Notes: a model not told the origin generated them from the letters alone. Numbered from the whole stretch's first letter, positions 52,483 through 63,960 are shown. The stretch: 63,960 nt of DNA, filler included, from Choristocarpus tenellus KU-1152 (GCA_964200185.2; 12 parts of 12 records of this genome joined end to end with filler, not necessarily neighbours in it), one strand, 5' to 3'. Numbers and translations are program-made.

Positions 52483-54372
52483 ACCACCAAACAAAAAGAA
52501 AAACGAACAAAACAAANNNNNNNNNNTTTTTTTTTTAAAAACCGCCCCGGGTTTACCCCCCCCCCCCCCCCCCCCCCCGCCGACACCCTGTAGCAACGTC
52601 AATATCAAAAACAACAAGAGCAGAAGCAGGAGCAGGATCGGGAGTATGATCATCAGCAGAAATATTCCGTAAGTACCCCCACCACAAGGACAAGCAGACG
52701 CGAGAGGGCTATGCAAATGCTACACCTTGCACCAAGGAAGGCTTCATCCTCGTTCTTTGCCACCACCACCACCACCACCACCACTGCCACCACCACCACT
52801 GCTACTGTGAAAGGGGAAGGGGTTCAAGGTGGAAGTAGTAGGAAAGGGAGTGGTGCTGCTGATGTGAAGGGGAACTCAGGGGACTCAGGGGGTGTTCGAG
52901 GACCACCTTCCCCCCTATTGACAGCTACGGACGCTGTCACGGTGAGACCTGGCATGATGGTTGCCTCAGTTGCACCTCACGGTGGGCAGGGGGTTCCTGA
53001 GGAGGCAGAGTACACGTTGGGGATGGAGGTGGTGGAAGTGGCGGCTTGTCTGTTAAGGTGCGTTGGACTTGGACTGGGCGGGGATGGGGTGGGGAGGTAT
53101 GCTGCCTCTTATCCATCTCACTAGTGATTGAGCATTCTCACCTGTGTGGGTACTAGGTTGTGATTAGGTAAGTACAGAACTTCAGGGGTTAGGGTTAGGG
53201 TTAGGGTTAGGAATCTGGAAATCTCATGGGAGTAGCCCGTCAGCTACATCTTTGACTTGAATTATGTAGGATGGTATTGTGTAGATTCTATTGCTTGAGT
53301 ACAGAGGATAGTGTTGAATGAATATCACAGCAAATTGCAGCATTCTTGTTTATTCTTTTTTATTCCGCCCTGTCAGGTATGTTACAGAGATTTTTGTGTT
53401 TTTCTATCTTTTTTGGGAACCTTGAAATGATTGAGGTCAATAGATGCGTCCTCAGTTTGCTTACTACTCAGTGTATGCTTTTGGTGCAACCTCTTTTTCT
53501 ACCTTCTGACGGACAGACTTCAGCACCTAATGAGATCAGTGGCATTTGTTGACCCTGCCCCGGGGTCTTTGGTGGATGCCATACTGGAGACAGGAAGAGC
53601 GCTTGGAGAAGGTGCCTATGTAGATACTCTAGATGTAGTTGGTACATTTTGATGGATGAAGTTGTTTGAATACCTCGAGAGAGTGTCTTCTTAGACATTT
53701 TTGCTGTTATCTGTTACGCCTTCTGTATGTTGTATATATTTTTTGTGTCAAATTTATGTGTATATACTTTGATGAAACTAGGTTCATATGAACCTGCAAA
53801 GACCTCTTCTGTGTGTCACCACTCCTGATGACCACACCCCCCTTGCCCCTCACCCACCTCTCTCTTCTATCATTCTTAACCCTTCCCCACCTCACCACCT
53901 ATCACACCGTGTCCTTGGACTCATCCTGAACTTGCCATTACTGATGCAGTACAACCTTGCCTTTGTTGTCTGAACACATGGTAACACATGGTAACACATG
54001 GTAACACATGGTAACACATGGTAACACATGGTAACACATGGTAACACATGCTATCACATGGTAACACATGGTAACACATGCTATCACATGGTAACACATG
54101 GTAACACATGGTAACACATGCTATCACATGGTAACACATGGTAACACATGGTAACACATGGTAACATATGCTATCATATGCTATCACGGGTGGGTGTGGA
54201 TGTGGTCACTTTTAGGGGATACGTGGAATGGTGTGACTCCACCTTACGTTGTGAAGGTGGGAGTGCTGGAGGGACAGGGTCTCATTAGGTCAGATGCGTT
54301 ATCATCAGATCCCTTTGCTTGGGTCAGGCTGGGTGGTGCATCCCGAAAGACCAAAGTCTGCCACAACACCAG
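51303..54372 (+). CDS. Partial gene with PDZ-like and C2 domains; exons 51303-51638, 52594-53057, 53517-53611, 54216-54372
   Basis: Phase-consistent GT-AG junctions. VVVPPGPLGVLLD (PDZ-like carboxylate loop) and VKVGVLEGQGLIRSDALSSDPFAWVRLGGASRKTKVCHNT (C2 N-terminal strands). Confidence 0.75.
53186..53211. repeat. Interstitial telomeric repeat (TTAGGG)4 in an intron
   Basis: ggggttagggttagggttagggttagg. Confidence 0.9.
53973..54187. repeat. 10-bp minisatellite (AACACATGGT)~21 with GCTATCACAT variant units
   Basis: Direct reading; intronic. Confidence 0.95.
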
Positions 54373-54913
54373 GTAAGATGGTAAGATGGTGGTAAGATGA
54401 TGGTAAGATAAAGTAGCTTGGTTGCAACAGTCTTTAGCTGGAAGATGAGAACATATGTGTCTTATCATCTTTCCCCATTCTGGTAGGTGGAATACTTCTC
54501 AGTAAAAAACGTTTTGCTCTGTATTTAATTAATTTTGTACTTTGAACTAGTAGAAGTCTACTCCACTAGGTAGTGTCTATAATTACTTCATTTATTCTTG
54601 ATGAAGTGGGTTTTTCCGACTTACTGAAGTAACTAGTACTGAATAGCTGTATCAACAATTGTACCAATAATTGTGCTGACACATAGCTGACAAGAGTGAG
54701 AAGCGTGGAGGGGAATAGTGCTTCACACAATATACTTTATGTACTTTATGTACTTTATGTACTTAGATTGTCATATACTTGGTATTACACTGATAGACTG
54801 CAGTGAAGAGGTAGTCAGTACTTGATACGAGAAACAGTGCAGTGTGTAGCAATATAATAATATTACCTCTGACCACGGGTTGGGATAATCCCCAGACTAC
54901 TATGAAGCAATAT

Positions 54914-54935
54914 AATAATGATAATGATAATGATA

Positions 54936-54970
<35 letters not shown>

Positions 54971-54971
54971 A
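54914..54971. repeat. (AATGAT)/(GAT)n microsatellite
   Basis: Direct reading. Confidence 0.9.
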
Positions 54972-55814
54972 TGAACACTCCTGTGTGCTGTCTGGTTGTT
55001 GGGTGGGGGGGGGGAGAAATTGCTTGCGGTCTTTATTGGATAGGGAAGGGAGCTCATGAGTGGTAAATGAATAGGAGAAAGAGAAAACATAGTGAGTGTA
55101 GTGAGTGTAGTGAGTACGGCGAAGAAAGTTCTTGGAACATGCTTGGAACATGCCAGGGCGCAGGTCTCTGGCGCTAACTAACTAACTGGGAGCACCACTT
55201 TTTATTTAATTGTCTGTGAGTTAGTTGTGTGTGTGATGTGATTTAGAGTGAATGCACCCTTTTTTGCCAAGAGCACATTGAGTATTTTTTCGAACTTTAT
55301 TGAATATTAAAAAAAAAACTTAATTGAATGTTCTTTTTAATTTTTTTGAACTAGTCATACCCCACATCTCTTTTCTTATTTTTGGTTACTAAAAATTCAA
55401 CTGTACACGAGGTTGAGGTAATTTTTGTAAAAATTGTACTCAAGAGAGCGGGTTGGTGTGCTCAGATTGCACAATTTGTACTCTCTTCTTGGTTTTCACT
55501 TGGCCTGCTTCTTTCTTGTTTGTGATGAATTTTGTGGTGAACATTGTGATGAATATTGTTATGGACGTGTCCAAGCCTTCAATTTTTTGAATTGCTACTG
55601 TTTGTTCCCAAACAACAACACGCCTTCCTTTATGATCCCAGGGACACGCCTTTTCTTCATACAAACACCTCTGAACTCTTCCTCCGCTCCCCACTGCACT
55701 TGCGTGCCCCCCCCNNNNNNNNNNNNNNNNNNNNNNNNNNNNNNNNNNNNNNNNNNNNTTAATTAATTAANNNNNNNNNNNNNNNNNNNNNNNNNNNNNN
55801 NNNNNNNNNNNNNN

Positions 55815-55965
55815 CGCGCGTCTTATACATACAGTGTGTGTCGGCGATCCCAAAAAGGAACCTGTCCCTGACAGTATTCACATTTCTAAAAGATGACGAA
55901 TTTTGTACATAGTCGCCAGTATCGTTAAAATACAACTCTGTGTACCTCTCGTTTACTTTTGACTC
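55815..55965 (-). mobile_element. MITE family C left end (truncated by contig start)
   Basis: Revcomp gagtcaaaagtaaacgagaggtacacagagttgtattttaacgata...tacaaaattcg matches 4449 onward. Confidence 0.75.
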
Positions 55966-57934
55966 AGTATTATGCCATCATGGCGGGCGAGTAGTGTAAC
56001 CAGTTCGGTGGTAACCCTGCATATTAGTTGTTTCCGATAAAGAACTAAAAGATGTATTGAAGTGAAAAGCAAGGTCAGAAATGAGTACTTACATAGACCT
56101 GAATAATAACAAGAGACGATTTTTTTTTTCTTTTGCTCTATTTACAGCTTGGCAGTGGGAGTGGCAGACCATACCTGATGCATGCATGTCAACTTACACC
56201 CAAAATAGCTAAAATAGTAAGATCGATTAATTTTCGGTAGTTGACAGGAATCTCTTTTTTTTTGGTGTTTTGAACTTGACCAGTGGCTAACTAATAATGC
56301 TGACTATAAATGCTTGACTGCAGTCGTGGCATCTCCAATCAACCCTCGAGATACTCATCTCCTACTACTGGGGGGCCTATTCATGACGTTCCTCTCAAGC
56401 GAAGACCTCCATACATGATGACGACCTTCATATCACAAATGGGCAGGTGTCGAATTTAGCCTCAGTAAACTAGAGGGGGGGTGTAGTTATTATGAAGGTA
56501 TTTTAGTGCCACTTTTAAAGATTTGCATATTTACGTCTTTAAATCATCCTATCAACGAAACGACAAATCCACCCACAGAGAATCTTCTCTTCTGGAAGCA
56601 CAGACTCCTGATGGGGGTTACCTGAACTTGGGACTTGAAAATCGGGTGTCAGGCGTAACATTTGTATGTCTGTTAAAACAAAATTCCCGAAATTCACCCC
56701 CCCTTACGATATTTCAGTTCATTCTTCCATTCAAGGAGCCTCTTAATTAATAGCAAACACTCCTCTTGCGAACTCCCTACAGGTCACAGTTTTTCGATCA
56801 TGGCCTGCAAGCCACAAGCAAAAAGGTTTTCACGCAACTTTACGTTTTCAACTAACCTCTACAGAGCAATGTAACACAAAAGAATTGTATTGCAATATGA
56901 AGTAGTACTCTCATCTGAAAAATATCGTGCTGTGGCATGTACTTAACTGTCATACACAACCAAGATAATGTGCATATCTGCACTCTGTATGATATGCCGC
57001 AATATCCTGATACTGTCATACGGCAGATGATGTGTCGCAGGGCAGGCAACAAGATGACTGAGACATTTAGTCAATCTGTTTTTCTTCTGAGCCATGCAGC
57101 GCCCGATGCTTGCAATGGTGTCACAAGCACAATCCATGAACCAGCAAAAGAAACTAAGGGGGAAATAAGCACAAACACAGATTGCATGAGCATCTCGTGT
57201 AGTTGAAATCGTTTATCTTCCTGTTCTCTCACAGGGGTCACAAATCATCATCGTGACTGGCTGCATGGTGTGAGATCGTATAATTCACTGAACATATCCT
57301 ATACATAAAATACAATAGTACTTTGAAGTAGTACAGCAGCTGCTTACGTAAGAAGAGCTGCAACAAAAATAGTGACTGCAACTCTTGAACTATGCTAGAA
57401 GACACAATTAGGTCATCTACATCTCCCTCCCGTTGGTTGTCACACTTCAGCACTTCATGTCTTATTACATTGGCACAGGTTTGCATACACATCGTACATG
57501 CTGGTCAATTCATGTCAATGCAACGACCTCCCTCACACTACACTACAAGTCCAGGGATACTTTACCAGTCTTTGCCGCACTCATCATCAAACATATTTTG
57601 ATTCCCCTGGCAAGAGATCCGACCAAGTAGCCTAAAATTCCATCCCAACTTTGAGTACGAAACGGTCTTGGGACCAGATCTGATACCTTTGTCTGAACAA
57701 AGGAGAGATGATATGTGTGTGCCGTTCTCTCTTACAAGGAACTTACTTGAGCATAATATTTTAAAACATATCCATTCAAATGAAGAGACAACACAGACTT
57801 GGAACTCTACGGCACTACCACTCCAGCAGGACGGACCTCTCTCTTGCCAACATCGCCTGCAATGAGAATACCAAAACCTAAGCGCCACCTTTGCTCGAAT
57901 GTAGTATCAAATCCTTGCTGCCGTGAGTGACTCA

Positions 57935-60232
57935 TCACCTTTGAGTCATCTTCTCCTGCAGGGGGTAGGGACAAAATGGTGGCAACGGTCAAAAGAGCTA
58001 CCACGAACTTGTTTGGTTGATTTGGCGGTCCAAGGGTTCAAATATCATCCACACAGAGAGGCCCACATCTGCTTGGCCTTCCTTCAGCCCAACGAAACTA
58101 CAGGCTCCCTGAACCTTGAATTTTACCTGGACAACTCTCAGCATCATCTCCGAGTACCTCTCAAGCAAGCTGGATACCTCAACAGGGACCGTCTCCCCCA
58201 TGCCCTTGCCTTCCCCTTCCCCCTCCACCCCCACCTCCCTTCCTTCTCCTTGGACTCCACCACCTCCAGAATTCGAACCCACTGACACGGATGTAGACAT
58301 TGCCAAGGACGATGACCCTGCTTCACTCTTGTTCAAGAGCAAATTCCACGAGGTTCCTTTCCCTGCAGCAGCCGCTGGCCTTGGAACTCTTCCAGGTACC
58401 CACTCATTGGACATCATCACAGGGGTTTCATGACAACCTCTCTCAGCTACACTCCCACTACCTGCAGTCCTGACTCCATGTCCTCCTGCCCTGGCTCCTG
58501 CCCTTGCCCCAGCCCCACTGACCTCCCCATTTATCTCCGAAAGCATACTGTTGATAGAGGCAAAGCTCTCATGGAAAGACTGAAGCAGGGAACAACTTCC
58601 AGTTTGATCCCATTTGTCATTGCTGCCTACTCCCCCCCCCCCCCCCCCCCCCCCCCCGTTTCCTGCCAACAACTCCAGAGTCACCGCTGCAGCTCTTGCC
58701 CTGACCCTCCCAGGGCATCTTTGATGGATCCACCTCCTCCTCCTCCTCCTCCTCTGGCATCCCTGATTGAACACCTGTAGCATAGCGACGGCGCTGTGGT
58801 GTTGATGAGGGCAGTTGTGGCGGTGCTGGCATCGGTGGAAGTCCCTCTGCTGTTGAAACGGATAAGGACACCTCTGCCAGCTCCCTGTACAGGGTGGTCG
58901 CATGTCTCGCCGCTTCATTCAACCGCTTCAACGCGCATACGTATTCCTGCCCGGGTCGGGGGAGCTCCAAGAATGATGAACGACTGAGACCGGAGGAGGT
59001 AACAGACAACGCCCCTCCCCCCACCTCCTCCACCTTCCTCTCCTCCCCGTCCACTTTCTCCTGCTCATGAGAATCTCGGTCCTCCGATGTTGCCGCCAAT
59101 AACTGTGGCGGACTACGCTTAACGCTCGGAGATGTGCTGGAAATTGCTCCAGGGTTCAGATCTGCCTTTAGGTCTTGCGCCCACCCCGGTCTGGGCCTCA
59201 ACAAAGGAAGGGTCACAGGGGCATCGACACTGCCTTCAACATCTTCTGGCGTCCCTGCATTGGACTGCATGATTAGATCTTGCTTCGGAAGCATCTCTGG
59301 GGTTGCAGGAAAGGCATCTGTGACTTCCGGCGACAAGACATCTGGTGACAAAGGTCCATGCTTGCCAGTGCTGCCGGAGTATTCAAACTCCTCTGGATAG
59401 CTATCAGTGTCGTTGCTACAGGCCTCGTGGTGACCTTTATTTCTAGCCATGTAACTGCCTGAGGAGCACAGTGCTGTGGCGATGGCTTCCATACCCACCT
59501 CAACACCTTCCATAGCATCACTCAGACCTGGTGAGGTCACTGACGTTGCCACTGACCCATCGCCACCATGCAGCTCTACCTTTTGGACACGGAGTCCACT
59601 CACTGCACCCGCTGCTGGACCCCGTCCCCTTCCTTGCCCATCCACACTCCCAATCTCTTGACTTCCCCCTCTCCCATCCCCTTCATTGTCTCTTCGCTCA
59701 TCAACAAATTTGTTGACCCCTTCCCCCCTGCCCCCGCTCACACCTGCTGTCGCCACTGCAGCAGCAGGAGTCTCCTCCCCTTCAGGCTCCAAGAACCCCA
59801 TGGCCGAGAGGCGACGCCGCATGTTCTCAACAGCGTCCTCAGTTTCCCTCCGTCGACCCCGCAAACGCCCACCAATGGGCAACCCCCCCTCACCACCAGC
59901 GCCACTGCTCCCACTCCACGCTCCACCTGCCTCACCCGAAACCCGAAGCAAACCCTTGCTCCTGTGCCCATCATGCCCTTCCTCATCACCAGCCTTGCTG
60001 TGGCACTCGGGCCCTGTGGCTGCCCCCATTGCTCCACCCCTAGTTACCCCCCTGCCATCCCCACCACCAGCTCCAGCACGTCCATGTCGCAGAAAGAAGG
60101 AACTGCTTTGACTCTGCCGAAGGGGGGAATAATTCGCTTCCACGTGTTGACCAACTCGTCCTCTGCCCCCTTGCCCATCCCCCCCTCCCCCCCTCCCCCC
60201 CCCCCCCTTTTACCTCTCCGCTGACTCTCTGG
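57935..60232 (-). CDS. WDR62: WDR62/MAPKBP1-like protein, 3' part: large low-complexity exon (to 58127) plus 21-bp last exon 57955-57935; apparent frameshift at the homopolymer 58632-58657
   Basis: YVCALKRLNEAARHATTLYREL and SSLLERYSEMMLRVVQ|EKMTQR* resemble the MAPKBP1/WDR62 C-terminal dimerisation region (LLEQYSELLLRAVERRM). Donor cag|gtaaaa, acceptor cctgcag|. Confidence 0.7.
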
Positions 60233-61077
60233 NNNNNNNNNNNNNNNNNNNNNNNNNNNNNNNNNNNNNNNNNNNNTTAATTAATTAANNNNNNNNNNNN
60301 NNNNNNNNNNNNNNNNNNNNNNNNNNNNNNNNGGGGGAGCTGTCTGTCGTGTCTTAAGCACCTTTTTTTTTTTTTGCTATGTACACAGCTATGTATTCAT
60401 GAAGAATTCAGACAATTGCTTGGAAAAAAAATATGTAACAATAACCCAATGTAGGTGAACATGAACATTGTCTCGTTTCAGCAACACACTGAAATAAAAG
60501 AAAGAGAAGAAGATAACTGCATCCCATCACACAGCCCGACCTAAAATAAACGAAACATATACACATCAGTCAGACAGGTAGTTTTGTGAACGTCCCTGAA
60601 TAACCTCAGTCACTGCGCCACAGGCCAGAAGACACGCGAGGCATTCACCTTGGTCGACGCTCCACGGCGGTCATAACAATAACATTGAAGCACAAGACAA
60701 AAAAATCGAAAATAACAAGGTATTGTCTGCACTTTGATGCCATTGGGCCATGCAATCGGTTTGAAGTTGTTCTAATTTTATTGTGAAACGAACACAAGAA
60801 TATGGATCGAGTGCACTGAGTAGCACCATTGCTTTGTGGAACACCCTGGCTGCGCCTAGCCGCAGTATCATGGATTACGCACAAAATTCGTAAGGGACGA
60901 GGATACACAGTAAATGTGCCAATTCTCAAGGGGTAGGAGAACAACGTTTAGCGAGATGTGAATAATGCAAGTGAAACGTGAGGGGTGCCAAGTGGTGATA
61001 GGGGCAGCTATAAAATTCATATTCTTGTTGCCTGTGGGGGTTTGGCTAGGCAGGAAAGGGAGTACTGGGTAACGCAC

Positions 61078-61868
61078 CTGATGTACATACAGACAACATG
61101 GTATAGCACTAGATATGCTGCGTAGATAATGCGTCCCACCCTTACCCGCCCAGGTATCGCCGGGTCTAGCTTCTTCGCCACCCAGTTTCCCGCAATTAAA
61201 ACACCGAGGTGCTTTACGAGATGCGGTAGGGCCAACCCAAACTGTGCCTGCACACCCATTGGCGATAAGATTGCTCCAGATTCCAGACTATTGCTCCCAT
61301 CGTCCCTTCTCTCACCCGTCTTCCTTCCTGTAGCTCCAAACACTCCAGAGCCTGCGTCTTCCTCCGTCCCTTCACCTGTTCCTCTCTCGCCATCGTCCTT
61401 GCATCTATCAGTATACTCATCTACGCCTTCATCTATATCCTCTGTCCCGGAAAATTCATTCATATCTTCCTCGCTTTCCCATACTCCTTCGCTTTCAAAG
61501 GTATGGTCCTCGTCTCCATCCTCTTCTTTGTCTGTCTTGTCGATGTCCTCACTCGCCGTTCCACCAAACCCCAAACCATCCGCCAGAATCCCCCCATTCC
61601 CCCCCCCCCTCAACCGAAGCCACGAATTTGACCAAGATTTAGGTTTTACATCTTCACCAGCACTCCGACGAAAGTCTATGTCCGCACGCAAGCCACGAAA
61701 CGGCACTTTGCGGTGCGAGCGATGACCTCCGTCTGACAGGCAAGTGATCGAAAAAACCGTCCTTGTGACGGCAGCGGTGGCTCCTATTGGGGAAGATTCC
61801 TGAGAACCATGCAAGAAAACCAAGTAGAATAGTACAAGGAGTCGCAACGGGCGACAAACAGGTCCCAT
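61078..61868 (-). CDS. First exon of a signal-peptide protein with LRLRGG motif, acidic linker and the start of a PHO88/SND3-like membrane domain
   Basis: MGPVCRPLRLLVLFYLVFLHG (signal-like); WLRLRGGG; D/E tract; WVAKKLDPAIPGRVRVGRIIYAAYLVLYHVVCMYIR|gtgcgt resembles the Pho88 N-terminus. Confidence 0.6.
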
Positions 61869-62210
61869 CACCCTGTTTTCAACCAAGGATACTGCACACC
61901 TCTACGAAAACAAACCGGAGTTCTATCGTGGAGGCGTGTACAGGATTGAATATGATGTTATTATATATGTGAGGTCAATTTTTTAAAACTTGAAACTTCC
62001 TTTTGGGTAAGGTTGTCGAGATGGTAAAACCTTTAAGCAGAGTCGAAATTTCTGGCTGCACACGCCAGTTGTTTGGCTCAAACGTGGGAAGAGGTACAGA
62101 AGAATAGCCACTGTCATGTGATTACATTCAGGTAGCTCACTCCTTTCTCTGGACGCGATTGGAGGCGATTCCAGTACCCAGATTTTGGGTTTGGGTATAG
62201 GTCAACTGCC
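61869..62210. promoter_or_regulatory. Putative bidirectional promoter/5' UTR region (342 bp between divergent start codons)
   Basis: Divergent ATGs at 61868 (-) and 62211 (+); CpG-rich surroundings. Confidence 0.55.
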
Positions 62211-63820
62211 ATGGAGCTGGACAAGGCAGGAGGCCATCACCCAAACCAAAGATCCACGAGTCAGACCTTCCTCGAACATCCATCTTCACTTCAATCACCA
62301 CTGGATGGGCCACTATCGCTCCCCATCACCTCCCACGCCGCACGAAGCGGAGTACCTTCCAAGGCGAAGGGTGGAGCTTTGGGAGAGGGAATAGAAGCTT
62401 CACCGACTTCCACTCCACCGCATGCCTCTGCTGCCGTATCGCTTAATACATTCCTCAACAATGCACATGATGAAGTGGGTGGAGAAACGGACTCAATCCG
62501 AGCCCCAATCGGCTCGAAGGGGCCGGGGGGGGGATCGTTATTCAGAGGGGATTCAAAACTCGGTCACCTCATCGAATCCAAGGAACGAGAGCTTCACGAG
62601 ATACATAACTTCCGCATTAGGTGAGGCTGGGTTTTAGTTTATATTTTTCCTCCACAAACAATCCCTTAGTGCAAGGTCTGAAAATTTTATCGAGGGACTC
62701 TGAAGGTAGGTGAATGGTGCAAAGTTGTGGGGGTCACCAACAATTACAGGGGGATATTTTGCATCCATCAAAGATTTACCCCAGGCTTAGAAAGCTTCCA
62801 TTCCTATTCATCCTTGACGCATAATAAAGCTTCCCATCCTTCAATCTCCCCATTGTTGCAAGGATGGATCAGATGCTGTGCTTGGATTGCCAGTGGTGGC
62901 ATAGACTCCATTTCCTTTCTTGGCATTGACAACTCAACGCTGTTTTTGGCAGTGCAACACGTAAATTCTACACCTCATGCTTCTATCAACCTAAACTCAC
63001 GCAAAAATAAATCACCAACCTATTCAGATCCCTTGAAGGTCTCCTGGAGGAGAGAGAGCAGGCCCTGGCCGATGCCTTTGCCAGATACGACAAGCTCAAG
63101 GATGACTTCAAGTTCAACCTGAGTCTCATCGAGGGCCGGGATGCCGAGCTTGAGCGTTACGAAGTTGCCATTTGTGACTTTAAGGAGACTCTGCGAGACA
63201 AAGAAGTGGAGGTGTGTTCGTACATTATCTTGTGTATATCATTTTATTGGTAGTGCAAAACTGGAGGGTGATTGCTCTTTTCAATGGGGATGAGGAGAGG
63301 GTTAACAAGCCCCTCCTATTTGAGTATGACGGCTTATGACACTGTGAGGGGTCAAGCTTAAGTCACCCCAAGGAAATATTGAAGTTTCCGTACTTTCCAC
63401 TCTGGGAAAATGCAAGCGCTGGTCAACACCCTATCCCCCTCTATATGTGTAGGGAGGAGACAACCATCTTGAACAAATCTGCTGCCACCTTCTGAAGTAC
63501 ACCTGTGTTTGTACTGCGATAATCTATCTAGCATAAAGACAACTCCACCAATATCACCATGTAGTGGCACGGACAACAAGCTGATGTCCCCCTCCCTCCA
63601 CTTGACTTCCCTTCTCTCCAGCACCAGCACCGATCGTAAGTACCTCCTTATTGGTATCTCTAACCCTAAACCTAAGTTTTTTTTAACTCTAACTCTTAAC
63701 TAAGTCCCCTAAACCCTTACATTATGGAAGGTGAGTGAGCTTCGAATGCAACTGGATGAGGCGTTGAGTGTGCAGCGACAAGCAGCTCGCAGGGAGGAAG
63801 AGCAGCAGGGATACTGGCAG
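62211..63820 (+). CDS. CCDC57: Coiled-coil domain-containing protein 57, first exons 62211-62620, 63028-63211, 63731-63820 (continues beyond window)
   Basis: LGHLIESKERELHEI; KLKDDFKFNLSLIEGRDAELERYE (cf. human LQEDFVYNLQVLEERDLELERYD); VEVSELR. Phase-consistent junctions. Confidence 0.8.
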
Positions 63821-63960
63821 GTGAGCTGGCCTCTAACTACCTGATTGATTGGTCGCACTACTAAGCAAGTACAGGGACGGGGGAGGCAAAAGCATGTGTG
63901 TGGAGAGAGGAATGTGATGGGGGGGGGGGGGGGGTGTGGTGGTGTGTTGGAGTGAAGGGG

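Noticed and set aside
52387-52580. Poly-Gly ORF and long poly-C runs around an internal gap
   Set aside because: Low-quality homopolymer sequence flanking Ns, inside an intron.
53973-54187. CRISPR-like array or Cys/His-repeat protein (MCYHVLPC...)
   Set aside because: No spacers; it is a simple minisatellite within an intron, and the ORF is a translation artefact.
58116-60224. Several long plus-strand ORFs (also 61129..61725)
   Set aside because: Antisense shadows of GC-rich minus-strand coding exons.
10284-60332. Regularly recurring TTAATTAATTAA palindrome
   Set aside because: Always centred in exactly 44+44 Ns, so it is a concatenation linker. It is not CRISPR or a biological repeat, and gene neighbourhoods across linkers are meaningless.
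57935-63820. Apparent cluster of centriolar genes (WDR62-like next to CCDC57)
   Set aside because: They lie on different contigs separated by an artificial linker.

Overview
This is eukaryotic draft-genome DNA, not one locus. Twelve unlinked contigs are joined by eleven artificial 100-bp linkers (N44-TTAATTAATTAA-N44). GT-AG introns, TTAGGG repeats, a GT23-like fucosyltransferase and centriolar genes point to a flagellate-producing stramenopile, most likely a brown alga (inference). Spliced genes or gene parts I can support: a near-complete GT23/FUT8-like fucosyltransferase, a SET-domain exon, the WDR6 3' end, the 3' end of a phosphoglycolate phosphatase (HAD-IIA), a PDZ-like/C2 protein, the WDR62/MAPKBP1 3' end, and a head-to-head pair (PHO88/SND3-like and CCDC57). 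Much of the rest is transposon debris or unassigned non-coding DNA. It includes a full-length decayed Stowaway-type (CTCCCTC-TIR) mariner, Copia, Gypsy, RTE-LINE and Tc1/IS630-like fragments, a Harbinger-like non-autonomous element, a foldback hairpin, and three MITE families sharing one terminal motif. I see no convincing novel multi-gene system. The best leads are the shared-terminus MITE group, the ubiquitin-tail-like LRLRGG motif after a signal peptide, the orphan SET exon, CpG depletion versus CpG-rich islands, and dense interstitial telomeric repeats. All family calls come from motif recognition by eye; no database searches were run.
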